This document shows positions 1-6,811 of a stretch of DNA of 20,000 nt, in pieces (the first letter of the stretch is position 1; every line of letters begins with the position of its first letter). The notes under the pieces were generated by a model. It did no database searches and was not told the DNA's origin. It worked only from the letters and a program-made list of their open reading frames with translations. A program made the translations under genes and the position numbers. Origin of the DNA: an uncultured virus (IMG/VR IMGVR_UViG_3300028393_000045) (taxonomy: Duplodnaviria; Heunggongvirae; Uroviricota; Caudoviricetes); the IMG/VR virus record IMGVR_UViG_3300028393_000045. One strand, 5' to 3'.

Positions 1-264
1 ATCCAATGAGCACAGGTAACCTGCTCTCAGGAACGGCGTAATCATATCTTGCCACTGGTCCCAAGTGTTAGCATCGTTAACATCAGGATTGGGAAAACTC
101 ATGTTAGCACCAAAGTAGATATGCTCGCATCCGTTGATGTGTTGGGCAATATCATCTTCGGGTTGTACTCCGACTACAAACAGGGTTTTCTTACCGTATG
201 CAGGTGTGCGCTCAATTTCAATGCCGTAGAAGAAACTTACTTCTTCGTGACCTTCTCTAATCAT
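1..264 (-). CDS. Conserved phage hypothetical protein, 5' part only (runs off the window), translationally coupled to the TGT-like gene
   Basis: Not in the ORF track. ATG at 264 overlaps the TGA stop of the upstream gene (ATGA, 261-264). The frame is open for 88 codons to position 1: MIREGHEEVSFFYGIEIERTPAYGKKTLFVVGVQPEDDIAQHINGCEHIYFGANMSFPNPDVNDANTWDQWQDMITPFLRAGYLCSLD... Confidence 0.85.
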   Translation of the reverse strand, partial: MIREGHEEVSFFYGIEIERTPAYGKKTLFVVGVQPEDDIAQHINGCEHIYFGANMSFPNPDVNDANTWDQWQDMITPFLRAGYLCSLD

Positions 265-1892
265 GATATTTCCTTTTCTTCAAACAAATCATTAAACTTT
301 GTGCGACCGTTAAGGGCCTTCTTGCCAATGAATCCGCGACCACCAATAATATCCATCCAATAGTTACGGTAGTGTTCTATGATAGCCTCTGATTCTTCTT
401 TGACATCTGTAGCAAAGATAGCATCTACTATGTCTTTGAACATTTCATAATCGCCATTGTTTTTACGCATCATACCAGGATACTCGCCTGCATCGTATGT
501 TCTATTAGCACGTTGTACAGCCTCAATGTGGGTCCATACATTATGTCCCATCAATAATGCATAACTAAAACTATCCCAGCTAGTTTTACCTTCTTTGCCA
601 TTCTTATTTACATCACCCGGCTTGTAATAGCAAATGTCTTTCATTTTAAGCAGACTGCTAATGGGACTTTCGTCAAAGTGGCTAACCCACTTTTCTTGTA
701 CAGCAGTAACACCATATGGGCGCATATCAGTTGCATACTTCTTATCATCTACAATAGGGCTCATACGATAACACCATTTACCTTCGTGCGGCAAATCAAT
801 CTCATGATATACTTGTCCATTGGCAGTAGCTAAGAATGGGCTGGCGCAATCAAAGCTGATAGTAAAGGCTGGATTGACGTACTTTCTGACAGCTCTTTGT
901 ATGTCAGTTAACAATACTGCCCACTCTAATTTGCTAGTACCCAAGAAGTGCATCCAATCATGTACACCTTCTTGCAGCAAGTTGTCGTGGCGTAATGCTA
1001 CTAATCTTTTTAGTATAAGATGCACATCACACATATTCTGTCCGCCCATTGCCCAACCATCAAAGTGTTTATCTGGATAGACTGTAGGATCACAAAATAC
1101 TTTCATAGCCTGATACCAATCCTCGGCACTGGTATGATTATCACCTTGCAATACATTTAAGTATTTTGCACCACCGTTGTTCTTGCCACGGCGATGACGC
1201 ATAAAGTATTCGTTATTGTATTTTGTTGCTGCAACCGCCTCTGGCAAGGTAGTAATACCGCAGGCATTGCTGGCTTTCTTGTCATGAATAACCCAAGTTG
1301 GAATATCTAAGATCATTCCATAGTCAGAAATACTATCTAACCAAGTAAGCACACCGCCGCGTTTCTTTTGTGCTGCATCAATTTTATCTTGATACAGTTT
1401 GGCGTGATTAATGTTAACAGTCTTTGGTACACCTTTTTTCATTACAGGATTGCCAGCTTTGTCTAGTACAGGCCGAGCTTCGATACCCAATGCCTGCATA
1501 GCTGCCATTTTCTGTGTAACTTCTGGGCCATTAGGGTCACGCCATTCGCCTTCCCACAAGCCCTTGGCAATCTGAAATCCGCCCGAATCACCTAACATAA
1601 AAGTGCCAGGCTTGCGATTACGAACCATGTCCTCACTGGCGTCTGGTTTATTCAGATCTAAGTTGGCATGCCCTGCACTATAAAGACTCCAGCGATAAGG
1701 AAACAGACCTTTTTGATCATCTAACCAATTCATCTGCTCCATGTCTGTTAAGCCTTGAGGAAAACGTGCAGGATCTACGTAGTCGTTATTAACACGTTGT
1801 TTCCCCACAAAAGTAGCATAGAATCCCGATATAGCTGGTAAGAATACAGCGTAGTCGTTTTGTTTAGCGGTTAAATTATCCTGCGACATCAT
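261..1892 (-). CDS. tRNA-guanine transglycosylase (TGT)-fold protein; probable DpdA-like DNA base-exchange (7-deazaguanine insertion) enzyme
   Basis: TGT motifs appear in the expected order: DSGGFQ, MILDIP, VLQG, GWAMGG, HFLG, SFDCASP (catalytic Asp) and a late HN motif (MGHNV). There is no CxCxxC zinc cluster. The gene sits in the replication operon. A DNA rather than tRNA substrate is inferred from context. Confidence 0.8.
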   Translation of the reverse strand: MMSQDNLTAKQNDYAVFLPAISGFYATFVGKQRVNNDYVDPARFPQGLTDMEQMNWLDDQKGLFPYRWSLYSAGHANLDLNKPDASEDMVRNRKPGTFMLGDSGGFQIAKGLWEGEWRDPNGPEVTQKMAAMQALGIEARPVLDKAGNPVMKKGVPKTVNINHAKLYQDKIDAAQKKRGGVLTWLDSISDYGMILDIPTWVIHDKKASNACGITTLPEAVAATKYNNEYFMRHRRGKNNGGAKYLNVLQGDNHTSAEDWYQAMKVFCDPTVYPDKHFDGWAMGGQNMCDVHLILKRLVALRHDNLLQEGVHDWMHFLGTSKLEWAVLLTDIQRAVRKYVNPAFTISFDCASPFLATANGQVYHEIDLPHEGKWCYRMSPIVDDKKYATDMRPYGVTAVQEKWVSHFDESPISSLLKMKDICYYKPGDVNKNGKEGKTSWDSFSYALLMGHNVWTHIEAVQRANRTYDAGEYPGMMRKNNGDYEMFKDIVDAIFATDVKEESEAIIEHYRNYWMDIIGGRGFIGKKALNGRTKFNDLFEEKEIS

Positions 1893-2241
1893 AATCTCTT
1901 GTTAATGCCAATAGTAAATCTAATTTACTTTTAGCTTGTTCCACTTCTTCGATGGCACCTACTAGCTGTGGATACTGATCTTTAAGCAATTCTATATCAC
2001 GTTCTTGCTGCATCTTGTACTGGGCCCAGTCTATGGCCTCTTGTGCTTGATTGCTGAGTCCCACGGTAGCATAGCTGGTGTTCATGACAATCCAATTTGC
2101 GCCATTAAACACCTCCATGTTTGTACCGTTAATACGAAGCATACCTTGTGCGGGATTACTTGAATTGGTACTAATATAAGGCACAGAGGTATCGCCCCCT
2201 GTAACTATTACATGCCGCTCGCCCATGAGACCTTTTATCAT
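1876..2241 (-). CDS. Hypothetical protein (N-terminal beta-rich region, C-terminal coiled coil)
   Basis: 121-aa ORF with an ATGA overlap with the upstream gene (2238-2241); its 3' end overlaps the start of the TGT-like gene. Confidence 0.75.
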   Translation of the reverse strand: MIKGLMGERHVIVTGGDTSVPYISTNSSNPAQGMLRINGTNMEVFNGANWIVMNTSYATVGLSNQAQEAIDWAQYKMQQERDIELLKDQYPQLVGAIEEVEQAKSKLDLLLALTRDYDVAG

Positions 2242-2969
2242 TTTGTCATTGCAGGTATGGTGTAATTATAAACAGCAATGCCAGAATCAACTGTGATCTG
2301 TGCTGCACCTTCATCGCTAAAACGCATAGTTTTATCGCCCGGCAAACCTAAAATGTTTTTAACAACATTAACAGGCCATGGCCAACCTCTTGTTAAATTG
2401 CCTGAGATATTAGTTTCAAATACAAAGCTACCTGCATGGGTACTGTTGTCACCAAAATAGAATTTAAGATCCTTACCTTCTACTTTAGCAATGAATGTTG
2501 TTTCTTCGCTATTAGCCTGGCTTTGAAATACAAATCGTTGTATACCTAGCACAGTAGGAGCAACATCGACACCCCATTTAACATCTTTAAATTTCATTGT
2601 TTTGATCTTGTCGTTAACAATAGATGCACCCATAAAGCGATAGTCGTTTTTAAAGTCTCCTACTTTATTTTCAAAGTGGATGCCAGATGGTACTGCGGCA
2701 CCATTAACAGTTTGTCTGCTAATACTAATTTGTGCATCTTCCTTGTATTCAGGAATATTTAAAATAGTGTTTAGTTTGCCCAAGTTAGGCATTCCAAACT
2801 GTCCAATGAACTCTGCCACTGGACCATGAAAGGTAGCATCAAGAATAACACTTTTGTCTTCTGCAATAGCGTTAACAAGAGTTTCTTCTTCTGTACCTGT
2901 AATTTTAATTAAGTCAATCACACCCAGGTTGTGTGTGTGCTTGACCATATCTAATAGTGCGTCTTTCAT
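2238..2969 (-). CDS. Probable DNA polymerase sliding clamp / processivity factor (gp45/PCNA-like)
   Basis: 243 aa (typical gp45/PCNA size) with an alternating helix/beta pattern ending in strands (AAQITVDSGIAVYNYTIPA). It lies directly downstream of the B-family polymerase, which ends in a clamp-binding-like peptide. RBS AAGGA. The call rests on size, context and fold pattern. Confidence 0.65.
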   Translation of the reverse strand: MKDALLDMVKHTHNLGVIDLIKITGTEEETLVNAIAEDKSVILDATFHGPVAEFIGQFGMPNLGKLNTILNIPEYKEDAQISISRQTVNGAAVPSGIHFENKVGDFKNDYRFMGASIVNDKIKTMKFKDVKWGVDVAPTVLGIQRFVFQSQANSEETTFIAKVEGKDLKFYFGDNSTHAGSFVFETNISGNLTRGWPWPVNVVKNILGLPGDKTMRFSDEGAAQITVDSGIAVYNYTIPAMTK

Positions 2970-2992
2970 AGTGGTTCCTTATAATAGTTGAT

Positions 2993-3021
2993 ATAATACA
3001 TGATATATTTAGATTTTGCAA
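2993..3021 (-). promoter_or_regulatory. Sigma70-like promoter for the clamp/TGT operon
   Basis: Minus strand TTGCAA (3021-3016), 17-nt spacer, TATTAT (2998-2993), then AAGGA RBS and ATG at 2969. The spacer also contains CTAAATA, resembling the late motif. Confidence 0.6.
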
Positions 3022-3035
3022 ACGTTTCGATGAAA

Positions 3036-5696
3036 TTATTCAAACGTGAATAATTGATCAAATGTAGTTTTTGTTCCGGTATTGTCTCTAATGTCCCAAT
3101 CCAGAACTCCTAATAAGTTATCAACCTTTTGGTCAACAATAGTTGCTTCCATTAGGTCGTTATCAAATGGTAAGTCTTTAAACCATTGTGGTATGTGAGT
3201 TTCGTCAGTTGGATAGCCAACAGATGTAAATCCTAATGGATTTGCTTTTAGTTTACAAACAATAGTTTTCATTCCGTCGATTATGCTCATACTGCGATTG
3301 TCGCTATTCATACGCCTCAACGAATTCCAATTGATTGCTGCACGTACATGCCCTGGCATATTAGATCTACCTTTACGTTCCTCAAGTTCGGCAAACTTAG
3401 TTAAGTTGTTTACACGTTTAGGTGTACCTTTTTCCCAAGCCGGCCGCTCTTGAAAACTCAATTTAAAAGTTAACACACGTTGGTAGATTTCTTTCTTCTC
3501 GGCACCTGTTAGTACTGCTAATAATAGTTCACTTAAAAAGTCTTGTACAACCTTAGGAGTATCACTACGCTTTAAGTCCAACCCCATTGCCTTTACCTTG
3601 CCTAACTTACCATTGACATTCTGTTTGTTTCCTTCAAGGTCGACAATAAGAACTGCATAGCGTTTCTTTTTAATAAACAACCCTTTACTAGCTACTAGCT
3701 CTCGGCCGCCAACAATAATACTGCCCATTTCTCTTGGACAATGGAATGCTCTTTCCATGAACCCCGGGAAACTGGTATTAACTTGATCGGCGATGTTATC
3801 GTACAGTTCGATGCACATTTCTTCAGTCCACTTCATATTACCAGCAGCAACGTCATCCTTGATAACTGGCCACGCTGAGAAATAAACTGAGTCTGTGTCA
3901 CCGTAAATAATAGAGTCACCTGTATGATCGTACTTGCCTGTTATGCATTCATTGGTATGTGCATCCATATGTCTAGCAATAACACGCCCAGTTAAGGTAG
4001 TCGATTGGCCAATTCGCTTATCAAAAAACCTACAGCCAGGATTAAGAATAGCGCCGTACAAGCTGTTGAGATTAATCTTTTTAACCAGCTGACGTTTGTC
4101 CCAGAATGCTTTATCTTCATTTGTTTTAGCTTCCTTCTTCTTAGCCTGAAGTTCTTTACGCTCTGCATACCAACGTTCCAGTAATCCGGGCACAATACCT
4201 TTAGCATCGTACTTAAAGATAGTACCATTGGCACTAAGTATCCAAGGTTGATTGCCTTCGAATACTAAACGCCAAACATCAGCGGCAGACATAGTATCAT
4301 TACCGCCGCCCTCCCAGTCAATGGTTATGTCTGTGCCAGGCTCCATATTCATTACACTGGTATATTCTAAGCTACCAAACAAGTTTTCCCAGGCGTCTGC
4401 AAAACTTGAACCTGCATCCATTTTTTCTTTTATGTATTGATCGGTCCTTGTTTGTCTGAGCTGTCCGACAATAGTCTCACATGCCATGTTGAGGGCACGA
4501 ATAGCCGAGGGATAGAGCGAGTTGATGTCGATTGCTCCAATCCATTCGTGCATACCCTTTTTGGGGTAAGCAACGTAGGCACCTGCTGCTTGCGTTTCAC
4601 CTTGTTCATCTTGATTACTCCTATTTTGAACTATTAAACCTTGACGATGTGATTCATTAATAATGGCTTGTTCGGTAACAGCCACAGCCCCCATAGTAGT
4701 AGGAAGCAATACAGTATTGTCGTGTGCCAATTCGTTGGCAAGATCAATAAAGCGAAGTTTCTTATCCAACTTGGCCAACAACATGGTGTCTTGCCTGTTG
4801 TAGTCAATAAATTTAGGAAAATCTTTATTGTATAATTGATCCAATGTACCTTCGTACTGGAGTTTGCGTTCTTCAAGTTCGTACTCGCCGATAGCATCTA
4901 AGCTGTAGCTATGACGTTCTTCATATGTGTATTTGCGATACAGTTGCATATAGTCCATATGCACACGACCAATCAAGTCGAATGTGATGTTTTCAGCACC
5001 AAAACGTTCAAAGGTTCTCTTTTTAGGAAATTGATTCCATAAGCAATAACGACGGGTATCGTCTTTGCTGAGTACTTTGATAGTACGCATTACCATATAC
5101 GGAACGTCAAAGCCCTCTGAGTTCCACCCGCTTAGTATGTCTGCATCCTCAATGAGGTCAAGGAATGTTTTAATCATATCATCTTCGCGAGCAAAGATAA
5201 AACAATTATCAAACTGACTGGCTACTTCTTGTGCAGTATCCCAGCTATAGCTTTTTGGTGGTACTGCTAGTGTAATCAATTTATCAAGCCAAGACAAGTA
5301 AACTGAAATTGCAGTAATGGGATTAAATGGATCTTCGGGTCTGCTGTACCCGCGCACAGGATCAAAGTCCACCTCAATATCAAAAAAGCAAATGTTCAAA
5401 TTAGGTGCATCCTTACCTAAATAGTTTTCTTCTAAACATCTTACCAATGGTTTAATGTCAGATTCCCACAGTTTATTTTTTGGATGTATTTTAATTTCTT
5501 TATAGAACTCTTTGCCGTTACGAGTACTAAACCTGCTGACAGGCGTACCGTATATGGTTGTAAATTTACCTCTAGGGTCGTCGTAGTAGAATAGATAGTT
5601 AGCAGGATATTCTTGATATACCCTGCGACCTTCTACTCGTTCTACTACATGAATCCTGTCGTTCTCTTTATCAAAAAGTGCGTCAACATAACTCAT
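3036..5696 (-). CDS. Family B DNA polymerase with 3'-5' exonuclease (T4 gp43-like)
   Basis: ExoI FFDIEVD, ExoII GWNSEGFDVPY, ExoIII YNRQD; polymerase motifs DINSLYPS, KINLNSLYG, YGDTDS, KKRY; C-terminal TTFDQLFTFE. 886 aa, uninterrupted. Confidence 0.97.
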   Translation of the reverse strand: MSYVDALFDKENDRIHVVERVEGRRVYQEYPANYLFYYDDPRGKFTTIYGTPVSRFSTRNGKEFYKEIKIHPKNKLWESDIKPLVRCLEENYLGKDAPNLNICFFDIEVDFDPVRGYSRPEDPFNPITAISVYLSWLDKLITLAVPPKSYSWDTAQEVASQFDNCFIFAREDDMIKTFLDLIEDADILSGWNSEGFDVPYMVMRTIKVLSKDDTRRYCLWNQFPKKRTFERFGAENITFDLIGRVHMDYMQLYRKYTYEERHSYSLDAIGEYELEERKLQYEGTLDQLYNKDFPKFIDYNRQDTMLLAKLDKKLRFIDLANELAHDNTVLLPTTMGAVAVTEQAIINESHRQGLIVQNRSNQDEQGETQAAGAYVAYPKKGMHEWIGAIDINSLYPSAIRALNMACETIVGQLRQTRTDQYIKEKMDAGSSFADAWENLFGSLEYTSVMNMEPGTDITIDWEGGGNDTMSAADVWRLVFEGNQPWILSANGTIFKYDAKGIVPGLLERWYAERKELQAKKKEAKTNEDKAFWDKRQLVKKINLNSLYGAILNPGCRFFDKRIGQSTTLTGRVIARHMDAHTNECITGKYDHTGDSIIYGDTDSVYFSAWPVIKDDVAAGNMKWTEEMCIELYDNIADQVNTSFPGFMERAFHCPREMGSIIVGGRELVASKGLFIKKKRYAVLIVDLEGNKQNVNGKLGKVKAMGLDLKRSDTPKVVQDFLSELLLAVLTGAEKKEIYQRVLTFKLSFQERPAWEKGTPKRVNNLTKFAELEERKGRSNMPGHVRAAINWNSLRRMNSDNRSMSIIDGMKTIVCKLKANPLGFTSVGYPTDETHIPQWFKDLPFDNDLMEATIVDQKVDNLLGVLDWDIRDNTGTKTTFDQLFTFE

Positions 5697-5983
5697 TGTG
5701 TAAGCATCCTTGTTAATCCTATACTATCAATTGTAATCAGCAGTGAGTAGTTTGCCAGCATGCCAAAAGATCTACGGCTATAACTAGCCCACCCATACAT
5801 ACAACACTGAATAATAAAAACAGGATAAATGTAAATAAGAGGCGGATTAGGTACAGTGAGTGCCATAGTGATACTGCATCCAATTGAAATAACCCAAGCC
5901 GCAGCTTCAACGATAAAACGAACAGGGTTAGTTTTATAGTCGTTTTTGATCCACGTAAAAACATTACGGATACTGTCGTTCAA
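5693..5983 (-). CDS. Small membrane protein (about 3 TM helices), function unknown
   Basis: 96 aa with three hydrophobic segments; ATGA overlaps at both ends (5980-5983 and 5693-5696). Confidence 0.75.
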   Translation of the reverse strand: MNDSIRNVFTWIKNDYKTNPVRFIVEAAAWVISIGCSITMALTVPNPPLIYIYPVFIIQCCMYGWASYSRRSFGMLANYSLLITIDSIGLTRMLTQ

Positions 5984-6240
5984 AGTGTCTTGCCTACAGT
6001 TTCCAATATAGTATTTAGATCGTCGTGATCGCGATTGGTCTCGCCTAGTTTACTCTTGCTGGCTATCTTAATTGCTTTTTTAAGAATAGCAGGCTTAACT
6101 TCAAGTTCTTCAGCAATTGCTTTGATGGTTTCGTTGAGCCCTGTGCTTAGTGCTTCAACTTCGGCCATTACTTGCATGCCTTCATTGATAATTTGTGTTA
6201 GTTTAATTTTTTGATCGCCGCTGAACATACGTGCTGTCAT
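5980..6240 (-). CDS. Small helical dsDNA-binding protein, T4 DsbA / GapR (DUF2312)-like
   Basis: 86 aa, all-helical, with the pattern L..II.E...long helix...IKAIAEELEVKPAILKKAIKIA typical of DsbA/GapR-type proteins. First gene of the polymerase operon; RBS AAAGGA. Confidence 0.65.
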   Translation of the reverse strand: MTARMFSGDQKIKLTQIINEGMQVMAEVEALSTGLNETIKAIAEELEVKPAILKKAIKIASKSKLGETNRDHDDLNTILETVGKTL

Positions 6241-6268
6241 AAAGATCCTTTATAGTGAATTATAGTTA

Positions 6269-6297
6269 ATTATAGATTACTTATTTCACAAAAGCAA
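6269..6297 (-). promoter_or_regulatory. Sigma70-like promoter for the dsbA-like/DNA polymerase operon
   Basis: Minus strand TTGCTT (6297-6292), 17-nt spacer, perfect TATAAT (6274-6269). Confidence 0.7.
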
Positions 6298-6307
6298 GTG
6301 TTTAGAT

Positions 6308-6412
6308 AAAAAAAGTGCTCACTTTCGAGATTCCCGGTAGCGAATCGGGCCGTCCCGCGCCAGCAGCCGGCGCACACTTAATATAACGCAAAGGTCCTAA
6401 GATAGTGTGTTC
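6308..6412 (-). ncRNA. Candidate structured non-coding RNA / cis-element (family not identified)
   Basis: GC-rich island in AT-rich intergenic DNA. Minus-strand stems: CACACT/AGTGTG; GCGCCGG-CTG-CTGGCGC; CGGGA/TCTCG enclosing CCCG-ATTCGCTAC-CGGG; AAAGT-GAGC-ACTTT followed by a U-tract. Confidence 0.55.
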
Positions 6413-6415
6413 GTA

Positions 6416-6811
6416 TTAACCGTTAATGTAATTTGGATGCGCTTTATTAAACTTGCGCATAATAATGCCAGCTACGCTATTAGCTTCGTTTTCTTCATCA
6501 CTGCCAGTTTCGCCGCTGTTGGCATTAAGTTGATCTTCTTGGTGTTGTTTAAAATGAACAAGTTCGTGTGCCAGTGTTCTACAAATATCAATTGGATGTC
6601 TGCGATCTATACCCAAACTAATGGTCATATCTGATGGGGAAAAACTACCAAATGTAGGCTGCTCTTGTTGATTCATTGATTTGAAAATGTTAATTTCAGG
6701 TAAGTTAGTTAGTCCTAGTTCTTCCATGGCCAATGGAAGTAAATCCTTTATTGCACTGTATACAACTTGGTAGGATTCCTTTGATTCAACTAGGAATTCA
6801 ACAGCTCTCAT
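6416..6811 (-). CDS. Zincin-type (HExxH) metallopeptidase, ImmA/IrrE-like
   Basis: RTLAHELVHFKQ with downstream ENEAN (third-ligand Glu). The likely start is ATG 6811 (MRAVEFLVES; TAATG overlap with the upstream stop), giving 131 aa, rather than 6850. Confidence 0.8.
   Translation of the reverse strand: MRAVEFLVESKESYQVVYSAIKDLLPLAMEELGLTNLPEINIFKSMNQQEQPTFGSFSPSDMTISLGIDRRHPIDICRTLAHELVHFKQHQEDQLNANSGETGSDEENEANSVAGIIMRKFNKAHPNYING

Noticed and set aside
1441..1465. DKAGNPVM in the TGT insertion resembles DKAGKPVM in the secreted protein (about 18287-18310)
   Set aside because: A short generic beta-hairpin motif (D-x-x-G-x-P-V) with different codons; most likely coincidence.
3036..5696. 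Intein or intron in the DNA polymerase
   Set aside because: Normal length, contiguous motifs and no splicing or homing-endonuclease signatures.
6308..6412. Element as a tRNA, preQ1 riboswitch or known ribozyme (HDV, hammerhead, twister, pistol)
   Set aside because: No cloverleaf or T-loop. Only a short CTTAGGA resemblance to preQ1-III, and the required cores and pairings of the ribozymes could not be built by eye. Left as unidentified.
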